Assembly: GCA_030704615.1 (NCBI GenBank)
Contig: CM060731.1
Span: 55,366,001-55,430,000 of the forward strand
Source of the DNA: Takakia lepidozioides
Lineage: Eukaryota; Plantae; Bryophyta
Length of the DNA stretch: 64,000 nucleotides
Direction of reading: 5' to 3'
In this document: piece by piece, positions 1 to 12,927 of the stretch
Numbering within the stretch: position 1 is the stretch's first letter
Layout of the letters: the number at the start of each line of letters is the position of its first letter
Position numbers and translations under genes: made by a program
Notes under the pieces: model-generated
The model's input: the letters and a program-made list of their open reading frames with translations, nothing else
Database searches by the model: none
What the model was told of the DNA's origin: nothing

Positions 1-22
1 ATGGAGGATTCCCTTTGCCCCA

Positions 23-3000
23 TCAATGATTTCTGGAATCCCTAAGGAGGAGTTTGTGCAGCTCGTTCACGCTCAACGCCGGTACATGAATAAAGTCATC
101 AATAGTCACGTTCATCCTCAACCTCTTCAGGTAAATGTAATACAGATGCTTGCACGGATAATACTTCAAACCCTTCTTTGCTTCCATCAACGAGAAGTCC
201 GTACAATTGCAAGTCGGCTCCACTCCAATCGTAATTGTGTATACATCGTCGCGTACAGCCGAGCCGGCCGTTGCCATCCGATACACACGCCCAAGGCCGG
301 GTGGGGGTACGTCCACGGAGCTCTGAATAGTGCAAGCCATCCCAAGAGCATTGGCAATCCGAGTCTCATTCAACTTGTTGGGAGGGTGTTGTCTCTTCAC
401 TCTTCCGAATCGCATTGTGGGATGTGCAGAATTGTCCAATCCGTCTCTACTGGACCGAGCAGTCTGCAATGGCTGGGTCTGAGGAACCGGAAATGTGTGG
501 GCCGGGATGTCTGTGCGTTGCACCATTCGAAATCCTGCTGCAGATAGAGCATCCGCCTCATTCTGAGAGAGGCTGCAACCCGGTGCAACAGGCCAGATGC
601 CCGGAGGCTCCGGCATTCCCTGAATCCCGTACTTGGGCTTGCCAAATACACAGGTCATTATGTCGTGCCTACAGAACCAAAATGTCTGCGTTGTGGCGTG
701 AGCAAATGTGGGAGTCAAAAATCTGCCGCTGAAACAAGGTGCAGGTACAGCACCGTGTGGGTTCCTCCAAATCATCTCACCACAGCGTGCTCTCGTATCC
801 ACCCGGATGGCGCAGCACTTCCCTCGAAATGCCGGCAATGTCCTCACAATTCTCCATTGTGACTCCGACACTCTTGTCTCCACAATGGGAATGTTGTACT
901 GCTTTACTACAGATGGCTCGTTATGTTGCCGGGGCACGCGCCCTGTGCTCAAAGGAGATGACGATCTTGAACGTGCAGGACTTGCGGTGCTCGACGAGAC
1001 CTCCTCGGGCAACATCACCGGACCACGAGGGAGCGTGCAAATATTCTTGTCAGCTTACCATGAATCCTCTTCTCCGCCAGGTGCCTCGTCTAGTCTTCGT
1101 CTCACTGGACGGGTATAAACATCTCCTTCCAAATGTTGGCCTCTTCGCAGCAATGGCGTGTCCCAAAGGCCCTCTCGCAAGGCCGCCGCCCACTTCCGAG
1201 GATTCTTCGATCTAGAGGCAGTCCGCATCAGCATTTCCTGCCTGTCCGGCCCCAAGCCCCACTGTTTCCCTTTCAAGAACTTGTTGTACCTGCATTGCTG
1301 CATAATTAACCTCACAATGTCCTCCGTTGTGGCAGTGAGGATGTCCACCAGATGCGCCGCAGAGGAGGCACGCCAGGAAGAGTGCACTGATTCGGCCATG
1401 TTTGTCATGGGCATGTCGGTGTCGGAGTCGAGACACATTTCCTGCACAAGCACATGTTGAGGTTACAAGCAAGTTACAAATATGGCCAAGAATAATATTC
1501 AACGGGATGCGAATTCGTGCAACTCACCTCCCGCATATAATCGCCGAACTGGAGGAAACGATAATGCCACCATGCTAGCCAACTGACCATTGCTCCCTCG
1601 TCTGATTTCCTTACAGCACCTGACGATGTCCACCAAGCCCGTATACATGCAAACTGTGTCTCTGCATCATCCAAGGTGGGAGCGCGCTTCCACGCAAGGC
1701 ACATGGAACGGTGCTCCTCTCTGAAATCTGGCGCCACGAGCCTGGTTGTGTACTGCAAAAGGCTCTGCAGAAAATGGAACCCACAAGATCTCTCCTTGCC
1801 TTCCATGGAAACATTGGGGTCTTGCCCATACACCCTTCGGATGGCAGCCCAATTTGCTTGTGCGTTGTCCACCATGAAACCACGGAAATTGGGAGGGGGC
1901 AATCCCGCCTTGGCCATCTGTTCGTTTATTCCCTGCCAAAGAAGCATCTCCGATTGTGTGTCCTCTCCTTTCATCTCACAAATAGCAATTGTCATTAGCA
2001 TCCTGCAGTGGATGTCGTAGACATGTGCACCCATTGTCACCCACTAGTGACTTGTAATTCGCTTGATATGGTCGAACATGACCCAACTGTTTGACAAGTC
2101 CCCACTCGTCATCCTGTCGACCAGTTCGACGCCACTGCCAGGTCCACACATGGACATTTTGAATACGAAACAACGATCTGCCTCAGTCCCTTGTCCTGGA
2201 AACCTACTTCCATGAATGTAGTCATATCCACATCGTCGCTTCACCTCCAGAATGGAGTGCATATCCGAGCCACGCCCAATTTTCTGTTTGCATGAGACAA
2301 TGTGGTTTCGGACATTCGGTGAACATACGTGGGACACCGACTCCAGCAATGCCTCCATTTCCTTCTCATCGAGAGGAACTCTATCGGAGCCGTCTTCCGA
2401 CATAATTATGGCCAATGCCATCTTATGGGCGGCTTGGAGCTGTATCTGTTTGGGTTTGGCACCCGGTCTCAACTTAACCTCCTCCTGAACGAGCTGCTCT
2501 ACCTCGTGGGCAGCCTCCCGTGAGTTCCCCCTCGCCAATTTGTGACAATGGGAACCAACGTGTATGCAAGCTCGGGTGAGGTCAGGGAAACGGTGCAACA
2601 CATAGAACTGCTTGGCATTACAAACAGACATGCAGTGTGGTGGTTCTTTGCAATGCGCACACTTAAATGTGGAGTTCGGAACCTTCTCCTGAGCTCGAAA
2701 TGGTTGATGAGTTGTGCCTGTCCAATCGGTCTCGTTCCTGTGACCTCTGGATTTAAAGTGGAAGCAAGTTGGGGAGAAACACCGCAACGCGCCCGCACAA
2801 ACAACGTAGCGCACCCGCACACCATCGAGCATCTTCATGCTGGTGGTTTTGGTAACGCACCAAGGTTGACCGTCATGTTTTCTATCCATATCTGTCAACA
2901 TTCCGGACGCCCTCGAGTAGTCCGCCCGAGGAGGGAACTCAAAGAAGATATTACCGTCGACGTCGGCGGGAAGGCATGTAACCGATTTAATTGCGAACTT

Positions 3001-3616
3001 GCTGTAGTCCAGCTCGGCTAGCTCCGACCGGTGTCCCTCCAGGTGAAGCCCTCGCAAAATTTCAAGAATAGATCGAACTGCGGTGCTCGTGCTGGGAATA
3101 TGACTCCCTCCTCCACTGACGTCCATTGAGGACTTGCCTGATCTCCAGGATGACCTCGGAACTTCCATGACCTCATCTGAGTCGGACAGGTTGTGAACAA
3201 CCCGGTTCTCGCTCGTCTTCATGGATGGGTTCGGCTCTGGATTTACTTCGTTGCGGACTTCTCTCTTTGAGGTAGCCACTCTCTGATTTGCGGATTGTTT
3301 CGTGGAAGGCGCCAGGATAGAAGGTGCATTTGGCGGGCAAATGAAGTCCCCAACAGCCCTGTATATGACGCTATCCGATGGTGGAACTCGCCATTCCTTG
3401 CCATCGCCGAAATCATCGTGGAGCACAACAATACTCTCGACAACAAGGCCGTTTGAGTCCTTCCTTTCCTCCTCCAGAAAAAACCGACCCCGGTTTCAGG
3501 TGGTATCGAACGCACAAATATTTCTCCATCACCCGGCAGATGTCCCCTCTGCACGGAAATGAAGCTCTATGCTCGTGAGGAGGGCAGTACACTGTAGCGC
3601 TCGGGTTTTCCGCCAT
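23..3616 (-). pseudogene. MULE-type transposase (GCM/WRKY-like Zn finger, DDE core, SWIM), element 1, disrupted
   Basis: Joined ORFs 3413-3631, 2044-3426, 1474-2040, 1055-1453 and 23-1018 give: CAGALRCFSPTC...CAHC...C...HVGSHCH (GCM-like); VMFDH...FMVDNAQA...CGFH...TNMAESVH (MULE D, D, CxxH, E); CNC-x15-CKH (SWIM). Intron 1442-1527 (GT...AG). In-frame stops at 2044-2046 and 1055-1057; frameshift in an A-run near 3480. Confidence 0.85.
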
Positions 3617-3919
3617 GGGAGATGTGCACACAAGACTGCCAGGATGGCGTGCGGGGAAGCTCCCTGGTAGAAGGGGGATGCAGCGATGGAAAGGAATGCG
3701 GTGCCGATTTGTCCGAGCGACGAAGCCTGATCCAAATCCAGGGAGCCAACTATCTCAAAAATCCACAGTCAGAGTGTTAATGAACCTTGTCTCCGGAATG
3801 CGGCCCCTGGTCTTTGCGCAATAACTGCCAACGGTATGCAGTCAGAAAGTGGGGGGCCGTCCGGATGATGACGGCTGAAGGGGAGAAGCCGGCACCGTGC
3901 CGTCACATTACTACCCCCG

Positions 3920-5950
3920 AATGGAAATTCGGCACCCAATATCCAACAGGGGCCGCGCGGATGAAGTCGTCTGGGGCAGAGATGCCGGCACCTGTCCGAC
4001 AGAGAACATCCCCCGGACGGAAATTCAGCGCCGAAATTCCATTCGGATCCCCCAAAGGAAGTCCTGTCGGGGGGTCAGGCCGAAAACTGGCCGACATAAA
4101 AACCTACGCGGATGGAAAAACGGCGCCGAATTTCCATCCGAGGCCTTTCGGATGCAGTCGGCTCGGGGGAAAGGCCCCCATCTGGCCCTCACAATACAAC
4201 CCCCGGACGGAAATTCGGCACCGAATATACAACAGGGGAAGCCCGGATGAAGTCGCCTCGGGTGCAGAGGCTGGCGCGTGTGCGACAGAGAACATCCCCT
4301 GGATGGAGATTCGGCGCCGAATTTCCATCCGGGCCCCCCCAAAGGAAGTCGTGTCGGGGGTCAGGCAGAAAACTGGCTGGCATAAAAACATCCCCAGATG
4401 GAAAAACGGCGCCGAATTTCCATCCGGGGCGGTTCGGATGCAGTCGGGGAGGGGGGAGAGGCCGGCACGTGGCCGTCACATTTCAACCCCCTGACGGAAA
4501 TTCGGCACCGAATATCCAACAGGGGACGCCCGGATGAAGTCGCCTCGGGCGCAGAGGCCGGCGCGTGTGCGACAGAGAACATCCCCTGGATGGAGATTCG
4601 GAGTCGAATTTCCATCCGGGCCCCCCCAAAGGAAGTCATGTCGGGGGGTCAGACCGAAAACTGGTCGACATAAAAACCTCCCCAGATGGAAAAACGGCGC
4701 CGAATTTCAATCCGGGCCGTTCCAATGCAGTCGGGGAGGGGGAGAGGCCAGCACCTGGCCGTCATATTTCAACCCCCGGACGGAAATTCGGCACCGAATA
4801 TCCAACAGAGCGGCGGAGAGGCCGGCACCTCTCCGACAGAGACCATCCCCCGGATGGAAATTCGGCGCCGAATTTCCATCAGGGCCCCCTCAAAGGAAGT
4901 CGTAAAAACCTCCCCAGATGGGAAAACGGCGCCGAATTTCCATCCGGGGCCGTTCCAATGCAGTCGGGGAGGGGGGAGAGGCCAGCACCTGGCCGTCATA
5001 TTTCAACCCCCGGACGGAAATTCGGCACCGAATATCCAACAGAGCGGCGGAGAGGCCGGCACCTCTCCGACAGAGACCATCCCCCGGATGGAAATTCGGC
5101 GCCGAATTTCCATCAGGGCCCCCTCAAAGGAAGTCGTAAAAACCTCCCCAGATGGGAAAACGGCGCCGAATTTCCATCCGGGGCCGTTCCAATGCAGTCG
5201 GGGAGGGGGGAGAGGCCAGCACCTGGCCGTCATATTTCAACCCCCGGACGGAAATTCGGCACCGAATATCCAACAGAGCGGCGGAGAGGCCGGCACTTCT
5301 CCGACAGAGACCATCCCCCGGATGGAAATTCGGCGCCGAATTTCCATCGGGGCCCCGTCAAAGGAAGTCGCAGAAACCTCCCAGAATGGAAAAACGGCGC
5401 CGAATTTCCGTCCGAGGCTGTTCCGATTTGCCTCTAGCAGTGAAGGATTCCAAGAAAAATCCGAAAAATCAATCGGACACGCTCAGAATTACCTGCAGGA
5501 AGGTAATTCAGCGATCAAAATTACCTGCAGGAAGGTAATTCAGCGATCAGAATTACCTGCAGGAAGGTAATTCAGCGTTTCGAAATTCCTGGCGAATGGA
5601 AATTCGGCGCCGAATATCCATACGCCAGCGATCCGACTTACCTGCTGGATGGAAATTCAGCGCCGGATTTCCTTCCATCCGGGATTCAAATTACCTGCTG
5701 GATGGAAATTCGGTGCCGGATTTCCATCCATCCGGGACTCCACTTACCTGCTGGATGGAAATCCGGCGCCGGATCTCCATCCATCCGCTCTCCGCCCAAC
5801 CTTGCGGATGGAAATCCGGCGCCGGATTTGCATCCATCCGCTTCCGAATTACCTGCGTGAAGGAAATTTCGCGCGCCGCCCTACCTTGCAGGATGGAAAT
5901 TCGGCGCTGAATTTCCATCCTGCTGCGCTCCGAATTACCTGCAGGATGGA
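3920..5950. repeat. Palindrome array of element 1 (GGATGGAAATTCGGCGCCGAATTTCCATCC)
   Basis: Repeated dyad. Higher-order units are ~286-288 bp (4112/4398/4686) and 234 bp x3 (~4676-5378), followed by 53-bp units with GGAAAT at 5598, 5651, 5704, 5757, 5810 and at 5895, 5948. Confidence 0.95.
5484..5577. repeat. 31-bp tandem repeat x3 containing dyad AATTACCT-N6-AGGTAATT
   Basis: AATTACCTGCAGGAAGGTAATTCAGCG is repeated three times. Confidence 0.9.
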
Positions 5951-6678
5951 TGTCGCGGCCCTTTGCCTTGAGGGCAGGGGGTCGGGACACATGAGGGGCT
6001 GCCCCTGTGGTGGGGGCAGCGGCAGCGATAGGTATGGGGGGGCTGAAGCACCCTTGAATGCCCAAGGCACTCAAGGAGGCAGAGGCGCTCACTAGGTGGA
6101 GCCCCGCACACCGGGTTGCGGCGGGGGTGGCTCCACAAGGGGTGGTGGTAGCTTAGCGGGACTTAGTGGGGGTGGCATAGGACTCACCATGGGGGCGGAG
6201 ACCTCGTGGTGGGAGTCGTGGGGAGTCTTGGGACTCATCACGGTCCATAGGGGCCGTGGTGAGTGGGCCAAGACTCACCGCGACTCATCACCGGGAGTCG
6301 AGGGTTTTCGTGGTGGTTCGCCATAAAATGGCATGGCTGGTTGTGAAACCCCCGCGGATAGCTACAGAAGTATATATAAGGGGAGTAGTGACCCCGAGAA
6401 CGGTGCAAGCCCGTTGGTGACCAAAAACTAGTGAGTAAGCGAGCGAGCCAGAAAGCGACCAAAGAGTGGGGAGCTGTTCCGGACTGCCATCTACCAAAGG
6501 GAATTCTCCTAGGCCCAAATAGGTTGAGGGTTTAGCGGGAAGCGAAGGGGGACCGTTATGTCCCGGTGAGCAGCCGAAGCTCCAATTTGGCCCGGGCGGC
6601 CAGGTTGGGAGTCAGGCGCGCGCATCAAAGCGAGTAACTATGACTGGAAGGGGAGCTTACCGAAGTGGGTGCGCGACA
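5951..6678 (+). repeat. 5' LTR (728 bp)
   Basis: TG...CA termini; matches 12198-12927 apart from about 3 substitutions and 2 G-run indels seen by eye. Confidence 0.97.
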
Positions 6679-6680
6679 CT

Positions 6681-6692
6681 TGGTATCAGAGC
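6681..6692 (+). promoter_or_regulatory. Primer binding site, tRNA-iMet
   Basis: TGGTATCAGAGC, 2 nt after the 5' LTR. Confidence 0.92.
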
Positions 6693-6732
6693 TTAGAGTT
6701 CAGTACGCGATCGTCCTTGGGATTGGCCTCAT

Positions 6733-9700
6733 CATGGGGTCGGGCAAGCCGAAGCAAAAGCGGAACGGCCCAAAAGATGATGATCCCGGTGAGCCCGATG
6801 GGGGCGGCGTGTCACCGAGGCGGCCGTTTGAGGAAGCGATGCATGTTTCCGAAAACAAGGCCGCCCAAGAGCGAGAGGAATCCGAGGAGTCGGAGCCCGA
6901 GGAATCCTTGAGAGCTCCGACAAACCAAGAGATGCCTCCCATGCCGGCAGCTTTTTGGGAAGGGTTGTTGGCGCAGTTTGGCGGGACGTTGAAAGACGTG
7001 TTGAAGGCAGCTAATGCCACTTCCGCTAAGGCAAAGTTTAAGGTGAAGCCTAAGGAACCCACACCTTCAAGGGCGTCCGAAATCGGAAGGCACTCAACAC
7101 CTGGCTCTTGGAGCTAGAGCAGTACTTCCGGGCGGCCAAGTTGAGTGACGAGGATCGGGTGGAAGTGGCTCCCACCTATTTGAGGGGCTATGCTCAACAA
7201 TGGTGGCAGAAACGCCTTCACGACTGAGGCCCAAGCCCGGAAACCTTGAACTGGAGTGGGTTCAAGGAATTGATGAAGAGACAGTTTGTGCCCCTCAACG
7301 CGTCCTGGCTTGCCCGGGACAAGATGAGGAATTTGAAGCAAACAGATGACATTCGGGGTATGTCCAGGCTTTCAATGTGCTATTGCTCGAAGTCGCGGAC
7401 ATGGCAGAACCAGAAATGGTCTTCAACTTTGTGGCGGGACTGGCCCCATGGGCCAGGCGGAAGTTGGAGGAGAAGCCACCTAAAACTTTGAACGAGGCAA
7501 TTGAGAGGGCTGAATGTTTCTCGGATGTCCCTAGGGGTGAGAGACAAGGCCGTACGGAGCTGAACCACAAGAAGACCCGGCGGGAAGGTGACTCCATCCG
7601 ACCGGAAAAGAAGTGGGATAGGCCACGCGGCGACAATGGCACGTGGAAATCGAAGGGAGGGCCTTCACACGTCAAGGCGACACCCGGTGCTTCAAAAGGA
7701 AAAGCGGGTGGAGTGGCTTATGGCGGACAGAAGGCGACCTTTGATGGAGTGTGTTTCAATTGCGGGGAGCCCGGGCACATGGCCAAGAAGTGCACGAAGC
7801 CTCGACAATTGAACATGACTCGGGCAACCACGGAGCTGTCGGAAGATACCATCAGTCGCTTGGTGGAAGCGGTGGTCGCCAGGACTTGCAAGGTAGGCAA
7901 ATTTTCTTGTGAGTTGTATCAGGAAACTGGTGCCTTACGTAAAGGGAGTCAGTTATTGTTCGTGGATGGGAAAATATCCGGAACTAACGTGTCGTTGTTG
8001 GTGGACACAGGAGCGTCGCACTCCTTCATGACACCGGCAACGGCACAAAAGCTGGGACTCCCGACAAGTGACGTGGGGGCCTCTATTGAGGTGCGTTCTG
8101 CCAAAGGAGAACCACAGTTGGCGACAAGGTTGGCGTTTGATGTTCCTCTTCAACTAGGGAGTTGGGAGGGACGTGAGAACTTCACCATCTGCGAGATCGA
8201 TGGAGTGGTTCTCATTTTGGGGATGACCTTTTTGAGCAAATCCGGAGCGGTCATAGATGGCCGCAAGAGAGTAGTCACGCTGCCATGTGGGAATGGTGGC
8301 GAGGTCTTACGAGTGTCGAAAACGCCCTAATCTGTGGGAGGGCGAATAAACCTTCTGTCAGCAAGGGAGTGGGCTGTGGAGGAGGCACACGAACCCCAGT
8401 TTTTGCTTTACATTAGAGAAGTGAAAGGAGAAGGCGATGGGGAGCCGAGCCCAGATTGGATCAAGGGGATTTTGGAGAAATTCCAGGATGTGATGCCGGA
8501 GGATTTACCAAGCGGCTTGCCACCGCGAAGAGGAGTTGACCACAAGATTGAGGTGATACCGGGATCGGAACCGCCTGCCAAGGCGCCCTACCGGTTGAGC
8601 CACAGAGAGTTGGTCGAGCTGAAGACTCAGCTCAAGGATCTAATGTCAAAGGGGTACATCCGGCCGAGTAAGTCACCTTACGGAGCCCCGGTGCTATTCG
8701 CAGACAAGAAGGATGGGACGCTGCGGATGTGTGTCGATTACAGGGCTCTGAATAAGGTGACTATCAAAAACCGGTACCCTTTGCCAAGGATCGACGACCT
8801 CTTCGATCGGTTGGCAGGAGCGAAGTATTTCAGCCGGATCGACTTGCGCTCCGGCTATCATCAAATTCGAGTGGCGGAAGGAGATGAGGAGAAGACCGCG
8901 TGCAGGACAAGGTACGGTTCATATGAGTTCTTGGTGATGCCTTTTGGGCTCACCAATGCACCAGCGACATTTAGCACGCTAATGAACAGCCTTTTCCAGG
9001 AGTGGTTGGATGACTTTGTGATCGTGTACATCGACGACATCTTGGTGTACTCGAAAACAAAGGAGGAGCACCTGGAGCACCTAAAAAGGGTGTTCCAAAA
9101 ATTGAGAGAATGGAAGCTGTATGCCAAAGCTTCAAAGTGCGAATTCGGGGTCACGAAAGTGGAGTTCTTGGGGCATGTGATTACACAGGATGGGATCAAA
9201 ATGGATGACAGAAAGGTGAGGGCGATCTTGGACTGGGAGCCTCCGACTTCGGTTCCGGGAGTGCGTTTTTTCCTAGGACTCGCCTCCTATTACCGGAAGT
9301 ATGTGAGAAATTTCGCTAAGATCGCGGGGCCGCTGTCGGACCTTCTGTGTAAATCTAAAGTCTGGGCATGGAACACCTTTTGTGGCCAAGCTTTTGCTGA
9401 ATTGAAGCAGCGGATGGCGGAAGCTTCAGTCTTGAAAATCCCAGAGTTCGATCGTCCGTTCGAGATACATACAGATGCGTCGGACTTCGCGATTGGGGGT
9501 GTACTGATGCAAGATGGACGTCCAGTGGCTTACGAAAGTAAGAAACTGAATGAAGTGGAGCGACGGTGGCCGACGCACGAAAAAGAGATGAAGGCGGTGG
9601 TGCATTGCCTTGAGCTCTGGCGCCACTATGTTGGTTCCAACCCAGTGAAGGTGTTCACGGACAATGTCACGGTGAAGTATTTTGCCACACAGCCCAAGTT

Positions 9701-11292
9701 GTCCCCAAAACAACTTAGGTGGCAAGATACTTTGGCAGTGTTTGACGTGGATATCCAGTACAAACCGGGACGGGACAATGTGGTGGCCGATGCTTTAAGT
9801 AGAAAGCAGCAGCTCTTGTTGGTGTACAAGGGCGAGACGGCGCTCCAAAGGAAGATCCGGAAGGCTTGCCGGAAGGATGAGCTGGCAAAGTCCGTGATGC
9901 AGGACTTGAGAATGGGGGTTAAATCGCAGTTCCACTTGCAAAATGGACTGCTCCGGTATAAGCAAAACGTCTCTACGTGCCGAAGGGAGGGATCAGAGAT
10001 AGCCTCTTGAGAGAATGCCATGATAGCCCGCTTGCGGGCCACGGCGGAACCAAGCGCACTGTGGCACTCTTGAAGAAAGAGTATTTCTGGCCCAAACTGA
10101 GGGAGGAGGCAGAGGAGTATGTCAAGACATGCACCACATGCCAACAAAACCGGAGCAAGTACAAAAAGCAAGCGGGGCTGTTACAACCCTTGCCGATTCC
10201 AGAGGGACTTGGGAAAGCGTCTCGATGGATTTCATGACTGCTATGCCGCTGTCAAAAGGATTCGATGCAATCATGGTGGTGGTAGATAGGTTCAGTAAAA
10301 TGGGCCATTTCATCCCCACCAAGGAGATGGCAACGACGCAAGAGACAGGGCGACTTTACTTCGCCCACGTCTTAAAGCATCATGGAGTCCCGAAGGATAT
10401 TGTCTCGGACCGCGATCCAAAGTTTACGAGTAAATTCTGGAGAGCACTTTGGAAGAAGATGGGGACGAGGCTGAAGATGAGCACCGCTTTCCGACCTACG
10501 ACGGACGGCCAAACGGAAAGAGTGAATTCCGTAGTGAAGCAATTCTTGCGGAATTACGTGTCGGCAGACCAATCAGACTGGATGGAACACTTAGACGCGG
10601 CAGAGTTCTGTTATAATAACACAGAACACTCCGCAACGAGAGTTTCCCCTTTCGTATTGGTCTATGGAAAAGCACCTCTGGTGCCGACAAGTTGGGCCGC
10701 CCAGGACGTTGAGGAACCGACGGTAGCGGCGGTACTGGAAGAACGCGAGCGTTTGTTGAAGCTCGCAAAGTACAATATTGCCAAAGCTAGGAAACGGTAT
10801 GAAAGGCATGCGAATCGGAAGCGGAGGGAAGTGAAGTTTGAAGCAGGCACAGAGGTCTGGTTGAACATCAAGAATTTCCGACTACCTCCGGAAGTGAGTC
10901 CGAAGTTCGTACCTCCGTATGCGGGACCCTTTCGCATTCGGAAGGTTATGAATGAGGATGTGTATGAATTGGAGCTGCCGGCAAACAGCAAGGTGCACCC
11001 AGTATTCCATGTCTCCCTTTTGAAGCCTTACTTCAAAGATGAAGCGCGTCCGAATCGGCATCAAGTGTTGCGTCCGCCACCTATGCTGTTGGATCATGAA
11101 AATGAACCTGAGTACGAGGTGGAGGCAATACTTAAGTCGAGGAGGTTCAAGAACCGAGAAACGGAGTATCTCGTCAAATGGAAGGGCTATCATCATGTGG
11201 AGGCATCTTGGGTGCGTGCCTCAGAAATGGGAAACGCATCCGAGGCGGTTGCAGCTTTCGAAGGGCGACCTCAAAAGCGGAAGAAGCGTTGA
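6733..11292 (+). pseudogene. gag-pol: gag-pol polyprotein with chromodomain, frameshifted
   Basis: Zn knuckle CFNCGEPGHMAKKC; protease LVDTGASHSF; [11 protein letters not shown]; RNase [10 protein letters not shown]; integrase HHCC and core; chromodomain EYEVEAILKSRR...YLVKWKGY. Several frameshifts and one in-frame TAA at 8328-8330. Confidence 0.95.
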
Positions 11293-12197
11293 TGGGGACA
11301 TCAACCTTGGAGCGTGGGGGAGGAAATGCATGCTTAGCCCGGCTTAGCTAGCTTAGGAATCCAATTGCAAAGACTTGTATTGTACAAATCGTGCTATAAA
11401 TGAAATGGATTCCAAATGTTGTGCGTCCTATTTTGTTTGGAATGGTGATGCATGGTATGGTTGGCTAGTGTGTAGAATGCATGCTAGCTTATAAAAGTGG
11501 GAGAGGTAAATTGGATTAATCGTGTGTTTTGCGTAGTGCCGAAATCGGGTGACCCCCATCCAAGGGGCAAGGAAACTTGCGCCTTCTTTGGGAGTTCACG
11601 TGCTAGTGCGCACCTGGCGCGTGCGCGTACTATAACTGCGCTACCGAGGGGGTTGCCTTGTAGTGCGGGCTAACGCGGAAGCTACGTGCTTCCGTTCACG
11701 TACTATAATCGTGTAGCCTCGGGACGAAGTCGTAGTGCGGCTTCGGCGTGTTCCCGTACCTCAGGCCAGCATTCCAAGGCGGACCCAATTGTAGTGATTG
11801 GGGCGCACGGTTGGTTCAAGGTTATCTTCCTAGTCAAAGAGGGTTCCAGGGAACCCTTGCTCAAGGTGATGCCAAAAGCGGCATCATGAGCGGTCGCAAG
11901 CAATGTTATTGCAGTAAGGCGATCCGATCCTCGGGGAGGATCGTTCCTTGGCCTTGAAGTAGGCCAAGAAGAGTGCACTGGGAGGAGCTGGAGAGGCTCC
12001 ACCCTTGGCCGGGACTTGGAGGAAGTCGGCCGAACTAGCTAGTGGAGAGTAGAGTCAAGTGTGGGGTTTGGTTCTTTGCCATGGGACGCCATGGTACGGA
12101 AACAAACTCCTTGATGTGGGACGCCACAACTTGGATGTTCGTTTCTACAAAATGGACAAGTCGATGAGGACATCGACTCCCTGTTGGTAGGGGTGTG

Positions 12198-12927
12198 TGT
12201 CGCGGCCCTTTGCCTTGAGGGCAGGGGGTCGGGACACATGAGGGGCTGCCCCTGTGGTGGGGGCAGCGGCAGCGATAGGTATGGGGGGGCTGAAGCACCC
12301 TTGAATGCCCAAGGCACTCAAGGAGGCAGAGGCGCTCACTAGGTGGAGCCCCGCACACCGGGTTGCGGTGGGGGTGGCTCCACAAGGGGTGGTGGTAGCT
12401 TAGCGGGACTTAGTGGGGGTGGCATAGGACTCACCATGGGGGCGGAGACCTCATGGTGGGAGTCGTGGGGAGTCTTGGGACTCATCACGGTCCATAGGGG
12501 CCGTGGTGAGTGGGCCAAGACTCACCGCGACTCATCACCGGGAGTCGAGGGTTTTCGTGGTGGTTCGCCATAAAATGGCATGGCTGGTTGTGAAACCCCC
12601 GCGGATAGCTACAGAAGTATATATAAGGGGAGTAGTGACCCCGAGAACGGTGCAAGCCCGTTGGTGACCAAAAACTAGTGAGTAAGCGAGCGAGCCGGAA
12701 AGCGACCAAAGAGTGGGGAGCTGTTCCGGACTGCCATCTACCAAAGGGAATTCTCCTAGGCCCAAATAGGTTGAGGGTTTAGCGGGAAGCGAAGGGGGGA
12801 CCGTTATGTCCCGGTGAGCAGCCGAAGCTCCAATTTGGCCCGGGCGGCCAGGTTGGGAGTCAGGCGCGCGCATCAAAGCGAGTAACTATGACTGGAAGGG
12901 GAGCTTACCGAAGTGGGGTGCGCGACA
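12198..12927 (+). repeat. 3' LTR (730 bp)
   Basis: Direct repeat of 5951-6678, preceded by purine-rich GGTAGGGGTGTG. Confidence 0.97.

Larger units (their letters stand above)
5951..12927 (+). mobile_element. Full-length Ty3/gypsy chromovirus LTR retrotransposon (Galadriel-like)
   Basis: Near-identical LTRs TGTCGCG...CGCGACA; 5-bp TSD ATGGA (5946-5950, 12928-12932); tRNA-iMet PBS; gag-PR-RT-RNaseH-IN-chromodomain order. Confidence 0.97.

Noticed and set aside
3787-6095. Many ORFs with MEIRRRISI / MRRRISV repeats (also 46000-46700, 54600-56500, 60000-61900)
   Set aside because: These are translations of the palindromes and appear on both strands in all frames; there is no coding signal.
8328-8333. 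Programmed stop read-through between protease and RT
   Set aside because: A single in-frame TAA in an element with other lesions; simple mutation is sufficient, and sister copies are needed to test it.
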